NCBI GenBank assembly: GCA_010093605.1 | Contig: MU004189.1 | Coordinates: forward strand, 689,834 to 753,833 | Direction: 5' to 3' | DNA: 64,000 nucleotides | Source of the DNA: Lophium mytilinum | Taxonomy: Eukaryota | Shown: positions 1-12,396 of the stretch, one piece after another | Layout: the number at the start of each line of letters is the position of its first letter | Numbering within the stretch: position 1 is the first letter of the stretch | Notes under the pieces: generated by a model | Database searches by the model: none | What the model saw: the letters and a program-made list of their open reading frames with translations, nothing else | What the model was told of the DNA's origin: nothing | Position numbers and translations under genes: made by a program

Positions 1-48
1 AATAGAGGCCACGAGTAATAGAAGGGGAAGTTGAGAGGAGATAGCCAT
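1..48 (-). CDS. 5' end of a probable secreted protein gene running off the window edge (partial)
   Basis: Minus-strand ATG at 48 gives MAISSQLPLLLLVASI, which looks like a signal peptide. A TATATA element lies about 90 bp upstream (about 139-146). Confidence 0.5.
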   Translation of the reverse strand, partial: MAISSQLPLLLLVASI

Positions 49-835
49 AGCTATAAGTGAGAGGCAAACTACATGAAAATGAGGACACGATTTTTCAAGA
101 GCAAGTGACCAAGGATCGAAAGGTACAAAAGACACAGTATATATAGTAGAAGAATCTACAACCAACCGCGGACGCCCATAAATCTTCCTAGGTAGTAGTC
201 TTCATGTATGCGCCCCTATATGGGCATAGTCATAAACAGAGACGCTTGTATAGCGCTCATTAAGAGCGACATGCATCACGATGGTCGCACAATGACTGGT
301 AGCTATTGGATAACAGAGTAGAAGACAGCGGCTCCGCGCAGAAGGCTTCTGCAGTACTGAGGCACAGTAGATGCACGAGGCCGGAGCATAGCCGAGTGAA
401 GCCTGCAGGCCGGTAAAGACCCTTGAGCGTAAAACGGAGTTTTGCAGGAACTTGATCCCACGAGCATTTGATACCCTGCAGCTCGAAACACCTTGGGATA
501 GGCGAGTCTACACCAGGTCTCGCTCCCGGGAAAGCAGCTGAATGGCCCGCTGGTATTTTCTCGGTATAGCTTTCGGACGTACTGTTTTCCGGAACTCTTC
601 ATATGGTGTCGCTGCGGTAATGCTATGAAGATAGTGGTGGAGCCGTACTCCCATTAGGGCGAACTGATTTGTGATCGGCTAACATGAACGACTTCACCTG
701 CCTAAAACACTCTCCTCTTTTTTCCAGGTAAAACAGCAAGCGGGGCAACAAGGTTGTTTCTCGTCGAAGGATTGTTCGTACAAGCCGTGAGAGTTGTGGC
801 ATGCCAATACGCCAAAGAGATCACACTTCCAGTGT

Positions 836-2265
836 TCATGACTGCATCGCCTCCTCTGTCTTCGCTCTTTTGCCTTCACCCGCGGCCTCTCCGTCAGCCT
901 CCAGCTTTCTCTTAACTTTGCCATTAACCTCCTCTTTCTTCGCTTCTGTGGGCTTCTTTTTCCTTACCAAACCAGTGAGGTCGTTTGCGCCCTTTGCAGC
1001 CTCATCAAGTCGCGCTTTCTGGGCAGCTGGATCGGCACCGAGGAGATCCCCGAGGAGTCCCTTGAAGAGAGCCGGGTCTGCGCCAGAGAGGTCTGCGAGG
1101 GGATTTGTTACTTGCTTCGTAGGGGGAGCGCGGAGGTCGTTCAACTATGTTTGATTAGCAGTATGATCGTAGCCTCGAATCACATCATGCGTACGCGCAG
1201 GTTCATCTCTTCGATCATCTCCTTGACGTCTACAATAGACATTATGTGGTCTTCCTTCTTGGCCTCGGGGAGTGATGCGAGTTCGGCCTCCTCCTTTCTC
1301 AGGCGGAGCTGTAGGGACGCGATAGCTGCTTCCATTTCTACAGCAGCTTCCTCTCGCAATGCCATGTCGATCTCGGCATTCTGTGGATTCGCGTCCACAC
1401 TACCGCTAGCCTCCTGTTCGCGTTGTGCATCTCGAACAGCGGACACTGACGCAAACTCAAGGGACAAGGACAGCTTATAATGACCTTCGGCTATCATTGA
1501 CGATTCTTGGGGATACAATTGCTTTCGTAGCTCGATGGCGGCGCGGGAATCTGATATCGCGTCTAAGAATCGCTCGTTCTCAAGCGATATCTCAGCCTGG
1601 AGGTCATGAGTGTCGGCCAGGCGTTCCTTTATATGTCGAACTTCGGGTGTGTCTTCCGATGTAGATGCAGCTTTGCCTTTGCCCTTAGAGTCCGCCTCTG
1701 TGCTAGACACATCCTGTGATGTCAACGCCTCCAATTGTCGCGAGAGCAGTACGCGTCCAACGTCGAGGATCTCGTATGCATTGGCAAAGTCGTCGTCCTC
1801 GCCCTCTTCGTCTCCCTCGCCCTCCTCTTCCTCTTCTTCTGAATCAGTCCAGTTCTCGTCGCCTGTCAACTGGAAGAATGGCTTGTTCTTCACATCATCC
1901 GCCGGCTTGTTTGCGCCGGCTGGGTCTTCGGTGCCGTTTGCAGGCGCATCACTCGAACTGGCCTCCGCTTGGGCTTTCTTGTCCTTCTTCGACTTGTCCG
2001 GCTTCTCTTCAGACGCGACCTTGCCGCCCAGCACGTCACTCTTCGCGACGGCGACCTTGTAGAGGCAGCGGCCATATTCGTAGAGCAGCTCGGCGTTCTC
2101 GGGCGCCATTTCTCCATTGAGCTCGGCTTGGAGTTCAGTGGCCTGGGAGAAGATATCGGCGGCCGCAGTATAGTTTTTGAGTGAGTATTGAAGGTTTGCG
2201 GAGGTGATGAGCTCGGTGAGTTTGTCGTTCGAAGGAGCAGCCGTGTGGGTGTCTGTGGAGGCCAT
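836..2265 (-). CDS. HIF1: NASP/Hif1/Sim3 family histone chaperone (SHNi-TPR), 2 exons (2265-1195, 1144-836)
   Basis: TPR interrupted by an acidic tract (DENWTDSEEEEEE), SHNi-TPR motif HDLQAEISLENERF...IAEGHYKLSLSLEF, and a C-terminal NDLTGLVRKKK / KRKLE basic NLS. GT-AG intron 1194-1145 joins the two ORFs in frame. Confidence 0.9.
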
Positions 2266-2409
2266 CGTGACCTTGGAAGTCGTAATTACGTAGGGAGTGT
2301 TGTTCAGTAGTATACGCGACGGCAACGAGGAATGAATAGAGGCCCAGCGAGCTTCGTGGGGTGGTTTGTTGATGGTTGCGACCGGTTGGTGGAGGTGAAA
2401 TGGCGCACG

Positions 2410-2415
2410 ACGCGT
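2410..2415. promoter_or_regulatory. MCB element (ACGCGT) in the short bidirectional promoter of the NASP and DPB2 genes
   Basis: Perfect ACGCGT at 2410-2415 and a near match ACGCGA at 2314-2319, within a 248-bp gap between two S-phase genes. Confidence 0.55.
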
Positions 2416-2513
2416 GAAAGACGACGCAGCGAAATCCACTTTAGCCTTAACTCGGGCCTCCGCAACATGGTACAACACTTCCTGCGCATATACCCACTGT
2501 CTCTCTAGCAACC

Positions 2514-4962
2514 ATGGCGGCCACAAATAGACGTTTAGACCAGCCGTCTGCTCTTCCGGAATCTACGCCGAACCCGATTCCCTCCTCTTCGCCTGCCTTT
2601 GCGACGCCTGCACATCCCATCCTCCCCCGTCGAACAGCTCCGATTCCCGCGCCGCCCGCCTTAAAGGCTGCCCCTCCGAAGCCTACAATTCTTCCTATAT
2701 TGCTTCCGCCAGCAACTCTAAGGCCTCTTGCGTTCCGGACCTTCACGAAAAAGCATAATCTCACCCTCACCTCTTCCGCGCTTCAAGCTCTTGCAACGTT
2801 CGTCGGACGGCATTGTGGGTCAGGATGGCGAGAGGAGGGCCTGGCAGAGCGTGTCCTAGAAGAGGTGGCAAAAAGCTGGAAGAAGGGTGGTGGACAAGTG
2901 ATCGTCGATGGTGACGGGGCCGCTCTGAAGGCGATTTTGAAAGCGGTTGAGGGGTCCATGAGTGGGGGAAAGATAGTACAGAGCAGCCATTCCGCACTGA
3001 GCAGACAAGGAAGTTCAGTATTTGGGCCTGATATCAATGTGGAAGACAATGCGGCGACAAGACCACCACTGGGACATACTGAGAGTTTTGGAATATCTCG
3101 GCTTGAAGTCGAGGACCCTCAGGAAGAAGAAGAGGCATACAAGGACGCTCGCGACTGGATACAAGTTGTAGGGGCATTTGAGCAACCAAGACTAGTCTAC
3201 AGTGTTAACAGAAAGCACTTCGAGAAGTAGGACCCTCCTAGGCAGGTCAAGTATCGAACAGTAGCTAACTTTCTACAGAAGCACCACCACGCCATCCCTT
3301 TTCCCCCAAGCATCCCACAAGACAGACCTCTTTCGACAACACTTCCACATTGTCCACCAACGCATACTACGAAATGATACATTCCAAGCACCATCTTTCT
3401 CCGCAAATAGATCCGCGTCTTTGGCCCGCACTTCGTCACTGTCGGCCTCACAAACTACCACCATAACCCCTATTGCCAACCTGCTTGGCCGTACCGGTAG
3501 TACTCACCTCCTTTTAGGCCTCCTTACAGTATCTCCAACTGGGACTCTCGCGCTTTCAGACCTCACGGGCTCCATAGCCTTAGACCTGCAACACGCTCGT
3601 CCAATCCCCGAAGACGGTACCTACTTTGCCCCAGGCATGATCGTTCTTGTTGACGGTACCTATGAAGAAGACTATAGCAACCCAACATCGAATTCGGCTT
3701 TGGGCAATACCGGCGGCATAGGAGGCAACATTGGCGGCAAGTTCATCGGCTTTTCCGTCGGCCATCCACCCTGCGAGAGGCGTTCTACAACCCTCGGCAG
3801 CACCTCCGATCAAGGCGCAAACCAAGCCTCAACCACCACTGGCCCAGCTTTCGGCTGGACAGACTTTCTTGGACTGGGCTCAGAGCGCGCAACGGGAGCA
3901 CGCATGTCCCGTCTCGCCAGCCGTCTGTTACCAACCACATCAACCCACAACATCGCCATAGCGTCAGACCTACACCTAGACGTCCCAAGCACTCTCTCGT
4001 CCCTTCGCACCTTATTGAAGGCTTATACCCCTCACCCTACCGACACACATCCGAACTATCCTCTGGCCATCGTCCTCATGGGCAACTTCTCATCGCGCGC
4101 ATCGTTAGCGGGCGTTCCTGGTGCAGGCTCCATAGAGTACAAGGAGCACTTCGACGCGCTCGCAGCCGTATTAGCAGAGTTTCCCGAGCTAATTGCTCAC
4201 ACGACCCTCGTCTTAGTTCCAGGCGACAATGATGCCTGGCCCTCCGCATTCTCTGCTGGCGCCTCGGCCCCCTTGCCAAGGAAAGCAGTCCCCACCATCT
4301 TCACGAGCAGGATTAGGAGGGTCGTCGCTGAGGCAAATCGCGAAATTTGGGGTGCTGGCGGCGCAAAGACAGGCGAGAAAGGCAAAGAGGCGAAGCGAAA
4401 AGAAGGCGAGGTCGTGTGGACCACCAACCCAAGCCGATTGAGCTGGTTTGGTGTGAAAGGCGAGATGGTGCTTTTTCGAGACGATGTACTAGGTAGACTC
4501 AGCAGAACAGCTGTTCGATTCGGGAACGCCAAAGACGAGAAGGAGCAAGAGGAGGACCGTGTTGCGTCGCCCATGGCAGAGCCTGAGGAAGGGGATACGC
4601 AGCCCATGGACCTCGATCTGCCTGTGCTGAGGGACCAGGCAGAGCAGTTGGATCCGGATACGCTTACTGCTCGCGCTTTGACCCGCACACTACTGTCGCA
4701 GTCACATCTCTCGCCCTTCCCGTTGTCGACGAGGCCGCTGCATTGGGACTATGCGAGTGCGCTAAGCCTGTATCCGCTCCCGAGTGCTCTTGTGGTAGCC
4801 GACAAAGAAGCGCCAGCTTTTGTGGTCAAGTATAGCGGATGTACTGTCATGAATCCAGGCCCTATCAGCGAAGGAGTGGGGAGGGGGAGAGGACATGGGA
4901 AGGTTAGGTGGGTTGAGTTTGATGTCGTGAGCGGGAGAGGTTTGGTTAGAAATGAGGAATAG
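2514..4962 (+). CDS. DPB2: DNA polymerase epsilon subunit B, 2 exons (2514-3226, 3279-4962)
   Basis: LRPLAFRTFTKKHNLTL N-terminus, ITPIANLLGR, LSDLTGSIALDL, GMIVLVDG, VLMGNF, VLVPGDND, TNPSRL, QSHLSPFPLSTRPLHWDY and NPG motifs. Intron 3227-3278 restores the frame. Confidence 0.95.
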
Positions 4963-5241
4963 AAGGAAGAGGTGACGACCGACTATCTGGGAGTTTTCGC
5001 AGGAGCCCGGCGCCAGGAGTCAGGGGCTGTTTGATGTGAAAGGTATTTCAACCTGGGTGGCGCTTTTGGCGGCGTTTGGAGAATATCTAGCCGCGGTGAG
5101 AGGGTTCACATGTCGTGGTGTTGATGTGTTAGATCCTTCTGGAAACGGCTGTAATATGAGGCCAAGGTAACGACAGACTTGAATTTGCAATTGTCAACAG
5201 AGCCGATCCTCTATCACTCTACTCTACGAAACCTCTCGCAA

Positions 5242-6225
5242 CTAATGAGCGGAAGACATAGATGGAACCGCAAGCAGGCTCGTAATCCAAACACCCCATA
5301 GCTTGTATGTAACCCTGTCCGCTTGGGCATCTTTCAGCGTCAACACTCTGCAGCAAATTAAACCTCCTACCACCAACGGAGCCAGATACCCATACCACGA
5401 CGTTTCCCAAAACCTGGGCACCATGTATGACCACCACAACATGGGAACAACCACTGACCATCTTGCCACTCGATCGCCAAAAACAAGCGGTATTGTGTTT
5501 CTACCACGGCACCTATCGCCATCTTGGTCACAGAGATCCTGTATTTGAAGGGTCGTGAAAACGATGGCAGCAATCATCCATTGCCAAAACTGGCCTTCCT
5601 CGCTCAAACTGAACGGGTCGCTCCCATATGCCACGGTCGTTGCCCCCAGAGCGAAGCAGACAACAGCGCAAGCGTTGATGAGATTCCTAGCGACGGGATG
5701 ACTGCCACCCTCGCAATCGTTGTAGAGCCAACCGAGAAAGAGCAAGGTAACCGTGAACGAAGTCGCCCCAAAATGGGTACATCCTCCGAGGACAGCAATC
5801 TGAAGCGCAACCCAAAGAGCGGTTGCCTGATTTCGGCTCAACCTTTTCGATGGAACCGGGCGCCATGGCTTGTTGATCGCATCCTCTTCCACGGACTTTG
5901 GTAGACGTTGGTTACCAACGCAGAATACGAGAAAGTTGAACCAGACCCAAAAGATAACCGCAGGCAAACGTCGACTGATCGACCAGAGATCTTGCTTTCG
6001 ATACGCCTCTTCATTGAGAGCCAGGCCAGCAGACAGGTTTAACAAGCCGGTCATCGTCATAGGGTATACTAATGGCTTGTGGTCACTGACTGTGAACAGC
6101 CACAACGTTTGTAGTTGGAATCCCAGGATTCGAACGACATAAGATACGGCCGCGAGCTTGAAAAGCACTATTAGCCAAGTTTCGAGAGGAGAGCTGGGGT
6201 AACACGTACGAATGAACTTCTCCAT
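5242..6225 (-). CDS. UbiA-superfamily integral-membrane prenyltransferase / UbiA-type terpene cyclase (Fma-TC-like)
   Basis: Multiple TM helices; motifs TLWLFTVSDHK, NQ...EEDAINKPWRPVPSKR, WLYND, RNLINA and QDLCDQDGDRCRGRNTIPL. Start codon uncertain. Confidence 0.88.
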   Translation of the reverse strand: MEKFIRTCYPSSPLETWLIVLFKLAAVSYVVRILGFQLQTLWLFTVSDHKPLVYPMTMTGLLNLSAGLALNEEAYRKQDLWSISRRLPAVIFWVWFNFLVFCVGNQRLPKSVEEDAINKPWRPVPSKRLSRNQATALWVALQIAVLGGCTHFGATSFTVTLLFLGWLYNDCEGGSHPVARNLINACAVVCFALGATTVAYGSDPFSLSEEGQFWQWMIAAIVFTTLQIQDLCDQDGDRCRGRNTIPLVFGDRVARWSVVVPMLWWSYMVPRFWETSWYGYLAPLVVGGLICCRVLTLKDAQADRVTYKLWGVWITSLLAVPSMSSAH

Positions 6226-7140
6226 CGTCCCACTATCCCGTTCTTTTCCAAAGGAAACATCGTCCTTCTACCTCGTTCGGAATTTATTTGATGTGCCCCA
6301 CAGACTGTTGCTCTTCGATCATCGTGTAAGGAACCGCCCGTTGTAGCTTTTGCATTCATGTTTGAAGATTTTCAGCCTTTCTCTGAGGACACCACTCGAG
6401 CATAGGCTTGCTTCCCCTTTCTTCTTAAACTCCATTACCAACACCACTTCTACGGTCCCCGAGGGCGACGAACTCTCGGTGTCAGCAATATTGAGTCTCC
6501 ACATATCCAGCATTCGTGCATCCAACATAAAGAATTGTCCCATAGACGAGCATTTGCCCGAAGTTGTTGCATGTGTCACTTTTGGCGCCAATGCTATGCT
6601 TCGAGTCTATCTAGAGCCCTGTCGGGGCACTCTAGCGATCGAAATTTGAGAAAGCCCGGAGTTGGGGGGAGGTTACATGAATTCTAATTGGAACCACGCA
6701 GCGTCTTTACCCTAGGTCGTGCGAGTGTGCATGCATAGGTTGCGGGCAACGTCGTCACCAGCCAAGGGTCCCTTACAAGGCATTTCTATTCGTGCCTTAA
6801 TCTGATATGCTGTGTAACGACCACAACGGGCTTCCCTGCAGTTGCCAGGGTTGTAATCCTACGCCATGCATGTATGCACTCTTTTAATCCAACACTTGAA
6901 GTCTGGAATAGAACTTTGGAAATCATCCATTCGACAAGTAAGGCAAATTCTACGTTAGCCTTTCTCAACAGGTACTATATTGACGAATAGCACGTGGGCC
7001 GACTCAAAACGCTGCTGATTCTTCACGGTGCTTCTTAGTTCGATCCGATAGACCCTCTGCGATTTTACCATCCTTTACGGCAACTGTCTTGCTGAATTCC
7101 ACTATTTCCTAAATTTTCTCTCAGACATTAAGTTGTAGCA

Positions 7141-8939
7141 ATGTTTGCCACTGTAGCCTTGCTGTCGATTTTCTACGTAAGTCCTACCGAGGTATTAAGG
7201 AACGTGTAACTCACATCCATAATCCAGGTATTTGGTGTTGTCGTTTATCGCTTGACACTTCATCCACTAGCAAAATATCCGGGACCAGTGATAGCAAGAA
7301 CTACGGACTGGTTTAACGTCTACCACTCCTGGAAAGGCGATAGACATGTCCAACTTCAGCAACTCCACCAGAAACATGGTAGGCAATAGAGCTCTTTAGC
7401 AGCTTTGAAACCACTCAAGCATTTTACAGGCCCGGTTATTCGCTTTGGCCCCAACCGTATATCATTCAATACTCCTTCAAGCCTCCATTCTATCTACGGA
7501 GCTCGAGCGAATACTAGAAAAGCGGAGTTCTATCGCATATGGGAGCAACTATTTGGGTCTCCGAGCACTGCAACAATTCTTCACCACGAGACTCACGCCC
7601 CACGGAAGAGAATCCTGCAGAATGCTTTCTCAGACAGCGCGCTTAGAGATATGGAAGACGTCGTACTAGAGAACACGCGCATCTTTTGCAAGACTCTCGA
7701 AACGCCATTTTCAGTCTCTTCGGCTGCAGAAGCAAAATCAGAGCCACCCAATGAGCCTGCTTGGAATGCACCCTGGAATGTCTCATGTCTAGCAGGCTAT
7801 CTAACATTCGATATCATGGGCGACGTAGTTTTCAGCAAAAGCTTCAAGATGCAGAGCGCGGAGGGGAATCGGTCGTTCTTAGATCTCAGCTTAGATGCAC
7901 TAAGAGGTCTAAACACGGTAAGCAACCATCCCGGAGTCTTTTGAGCCGTTGACTTAATCTCTTTATTGCAGGTAGGATATATGCCAATGTTGCTAAAGCT
8001 CAAGCTTGACAAGATCCTGTTCAGCGAACTCAATGCTGGCATGGAACGGTATAAGGCTTATTGCGCCGAGGAATCTGAAAAGCGAGTGGCGCGACAGCAC
8101 GAGATGAAGACCCGAGATGTCTGGACGGAATTGATAACCGCTAGAGACCCTGCCACTGGCGAAATCTTCACCACTACAGACTTACAAAGCGAAGCTGCCA
8201 TTCTTATATCCGCCGGTAAATTTTTCTTGGCCTCGTTTCTAGTCCAGAGCTGATACTCCTAGCGTCTCATCCAATGAGAATCACACTATCCGCCACGGTC
8301 TTCTACCTGCTCCACAACCCTGAGTGTATGAGGGCAGTGACAACAGAAATTCGATCCAAGTTCCCGGGCGTCGAAGATATCCGATCAGGGCCTGCCTTGA
8401 ATTCTTGTCACTACCTCCGAGCCTGTATCACTGAAACTCTCCGTCTCTGTCCCAGTATTCCAGGTGGCCCTCTGCGCACAGCCCTGAAGGGTGGAATCAC
8501 AGTAGACGGGGAGCATTTCCCTGCAGGCACAGAACTCGGGACCTCAACATACGCGCTTCAGCACAATGGAGATTATTTTACTGAGCCCTACTCGTTCATT
8601 CCGGAGCGTTGGATCCTCCTGACTAGAGACACCGAGGAAAAAAGTTCAAGATATGCTACCCAGGACTCGCTCGACAAGGCGCGCGCCGCTTTCTGTGCCT
8701 TCAGCGTTGGGCCTATGGCCTGTCTGGGCAAGAACTTTGCCTATCACCAGGTCTCACTTATTATGGCTAGGATGGTCTGGCTGTTCGAGATTAAATTAGC
8801 GCAGGTTGTACCCGCGGACGATAGCAATGGCAGGATTGGCGGCGCGAAGGAGTGGGCAAGGGCCGGTGAGTACGCAATGAACGACAAATTTTCTGCAGAG
8901 GGCGATGGGCCATGGGTACAGGTTCGGCGAAGGACCTGA
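7141..8939 (+). CDS. Cytochrome P450 monooxygenase with atypical I-helix, 5 exons (7141-7176, 7228-7378, 7430-7917, 7972-8215, 8263-8939)
   Basis: Membrane anchor followed by HPLAKYPGP, then GPVIRFGPN, FDIMGD, ETLR, PERW and the heme motif FSVGPMACLG. All four introns are GT-AG and keep the frame. Confidence 0.92.
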
Positions 8940-9625
8940 ATGGGTAGCACGGCAGATTGGATGTCAGGACGGTTCTATTTGTGGGTTGCAGGCTCTTTGA
9001 GATTTGACTGGTCCATGAACTCCGTAATGTTTCGCAAGCATCAGCACTGAGTTTTCGGTGCAACTCTTTGCGGACAGTATAAAGACGGAGACCGACAATG
9101 ATCATCAAGGCAAGGATCAGCTAATTTTGGAGGGATCACACATGAGCCCCTCTAATGCCCATTATTCTGGACCCATGCTGAAGCTACGGGACGGGCCACT
9201 GGTGGCCGCAAATTGGGGTCCATTTCTGGTTCACGGACCACTCTCAGCGATCTCTATGCTTTCTGGGATAACTCCCGGCATCCCTGAGTGTTCGTTTAGC
9301 CGAAGTTGGTTCCTGCACGTTGGAGAACATCGTGGGGTATGGTGAATGCATTATCCCGTCCCGCAGGAAGAATCAAAATCGCTGATACGACACTCTCACA
9401 TGCTATTTCCCATTTCAGAAAACGTTCGTGTAACCTTCCCATTGAGTGCGTACCAAGCTGTCGGTGTCGTGCAGCATGTAAGGGCTTTGGAAATTCGAAG
9501 TCAACCTTGTCCCTCTGCTCGCAGCGAACGGTTCACCACTCTTCAAACATTGCCAACAACTCTCCTCCGACTGGCGCATTCCAAAACTCACCTTTAGGCG
9601 GCGCAAGGCACTCGAGGCTATCATC

Positions 9626-11377
9626 ATGTCTTTGCCTGGTCTCCTCACCTGTTTGGGTCTAGGCTTCGGCTCACACATACTCTTCTTTATTCGAGGAGAA
9701 CACCACATGAGAGGCCCGGTATACGCGGTGTTACTTCCAATCGCATGGGGAATCTTAATGGTGGCTGGAATTCGCTCTGAGAGTCTACTCAGTGCCGCTG
9801 AGACCAGCACTCTACTCTTGAGCGCATACCTCACCGGTCTCTACAGCAGCATTCTCATCTACCGTACCTTCTTACACCCTCTCCGCAATGTTCCGGGTCC
9901 ACCACTCGCCAAAGTATCTAAATTTTGGCATGTCGCGAAACTCTCTAGCCTCCATAACCATACACTATTGGAGGAGCTCCGTCACAAATATGGAGACATT
10001 GTTCGAACAGGTATGACAGCCTCGGATACGTTTGAATAAATCTGACGAAGAAACCCAGGTCCAAACGAAGTCGTGGTATTCACGCCCGAAGGAGTTCCAG
10101 CAGTTCATGGACCTTCCTCGAAATGCATTAAGAGCGACTGGTACGACATGCTACAGAAGGACCAGTCAATCCACGCCACGCGCAATCCGCAGCTTCACAC
10201 TGCACGGCGACGTATCTGGGACCAGGGATTCGGAACGAAGGCACTTTTAAGCTACCAGAAGAGAGTTCAGACACACGTCGACCTTCTCGACGATAATCTT
10301 GCACGTTCGGCCGGCGAGCCCTTGAATTGCACCGAGCTGTTCCTATTCTTCGGCTTCGATGTCATGGGGGATACGGCATTTGGACAATCGTTTGACATGT
10401 TGAAGAGCAACCAGATTCACTCCGCGGTGGAGATTATGCGTTCGGGTCTATATGTTCTTGGGAGACTTACACCGGTTCCATGGCTTATCAGGCTTCTGTC
10501 ATCGATTGCGGGCACGCGCGACTTTGAGAGGCTGGAACAATTCGCGCGCGAGCAAGTCTTGAAGAGGATCAAACTAGACCGAGATGAAGCCGACGTAGGT
10601 AGTGTGCTTCCAGAGACTGACGCCCTCGCTGACACTTAGCAGGTGATGTCAAAGCTCATTGAAGCAGCACGCGATCCAAATGACAAAGACAAGGTCGACA
10701 TGACTTTTCTACCGGCGGAAGCAACGGTGATGGTTATTGCCGGTAGCGATACTGTGTCGATAGCACTCACTTTTCTCTTCTACCATCTGACGAAACTCCC
10801 ACACCACGTCCAGAAGCTTCGCGAAGAACTACATCAGGTCGAGGATATATCCGATGCGAGAGCCCTTCAACCGCTCAGGTATCTGAATGCCCTCATTAAC
10901 GAAACACTACGTCTTTTTCCACCGGTCCCAACGGCACCTCTTCGCCAAACTCCATCGGAAGGCTTGCAGATAGGCGACCGCTTCATCCCCGGTGGTGTGA
11001 CTATCTCGACTCCCATGTTCTCGCTAGGAAGATTGGAAAGCAGCTACCCTCAAGCAGAAAGCTTTATTCCAGAGCGGTGGTACTCTGATTCCATGATCAA
11101 TAATAAGAGCGGCTTTGCCCCATTCCTTTCTGGTATGTGAACTGTCCGATTTACGATCTTCAAATAGATACGGGCTAACCGAGGTCGACCAGGAACACAT
11201 AGCTGTCTGGGAAAACAGCTGGCCCTGATTGAGCTGAGACTTGTCACCGCGAGGATAGTGACAGCATATGACTTCGAGTTTGCTCAAGGAACTAATGGAT
11301 CCGAGGTTCTGGATTTTGAGGATTGCTTTACTGCTGTTCCTGGCCCACTGAGACTGGTATTCAAGCCTCGGTCATAG
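9626..11377 (+). CDS. Cytochrome P450 monooxygenase, 4 exons (9626-10010, 10059-10594, 10643-11132, 11193-11377)
   Basis: HPLRNVPGP, YGDIVRTGPNE, I-helix AGSDT, ETLR, PERW, and heme motif FLSGTHSCLG assembled across the last intron. Confidence 0.93.
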
Positions 11378-12396
11378 GGTACTTCACTGGCTGGTCGTTT
11401 TGATATTGACTGCACAAGTTTATATGTACTCTGGCTTGCCACTTTCTATCGAGCTTAGATTCATCTCTAAAGTGTCAGATGAGGCATGACTCTCCGAGGA
11501 GCGTAAACCAAAGCAGCTCTCAGTGCTTTTGATCGACTAATTTTCCCACCTTTATGGTTGAATCCATCTTTCGAGCACTCGGGGAAGACTACAATATTTG
11601 GTTCTATCATTCTCAAATTCACAATTGCCGGTGCCAGGGGGCCATGTTGTGGTTCAAACGATCTCAATCTTGGGTATTGCGGTCTCAATATAGCTCTACG
11701 CATCCCCTGCCAGCAGCCATCAACCAAGGATTCTAATTACATGAGTTGGTGATTTTCCCCCGTCGGGAATCAGGGTCCAGCTTCATATAAAGCCAACGCT
11801 GTGGAATTGGGACTCTCCGACGCCACTGGTCTAGAACTAATGCGGCGCCAAAGTAGTGACGGTGTCGCACCGATCATACCCGAATGCGAGTCACACCGTG
11901 TGGCTCAGCATAGTTCCTATTAAAAGAAAAGTGTTCCCACTGGGGCGGGTTGTCAGGGATTAAATGCCGTACGACTGCAACAACGGGATTTAATCTATGC
12001 CCATGTACGGATGCATGGACCACAAAGTCTTGCAGACTCCTTGCGCCGTTGACATAGCACATCCCATAACAAGTACGCCCGACTAGGTTCTGCGAGTGTT
12101 GGGAACGTTCGATCATCGGCCGGAGTCACTGATCTGCAGCCATCTGTTGCTTGTGTTACGATGCCGGGGCAGGACTCATTCCTCCTCGGTGCTCATACAA
12201 AGCTGCCGTGTCTTCTTAAGTATGCGCGAGGTAGAATGGCACTCTCTCCTGATTGCTCGACGTATTGCTTTGCCGTTTAATGAACTCCAGCTTTTCCATT
12301 CCTTTACCTTCTGCCCTCTTACGAAGCTGCGATATATATATTTGAATCTTTCCCATTTTCACAACTTTAAATTACAGACCGTTCATTCAGACTGCT

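Noticed and set aside
2266..2526. N-terminal extension of the 448-aa ORF (MWPPWLL...)
   Set aside because: It runs across the bidirectional promoter and overlaps the DPB2 start; the family-like sequence begins at the ATG at 2265.
6319..6649. Short ORFs upstream of the UbiA gene as extra exons or a separate gene
   Set aside because: No recognisable motif and no convincing donor/branch/acceptor set; an upstream exon cannot be fully excluded without cDNA.
9194..9207. Palindrome GGCCAC-TG-GTGGCC upstream of the second P450 as a cluster TF site
   Set aside because: No clear second copy in the other cluster promoters; could be chance.
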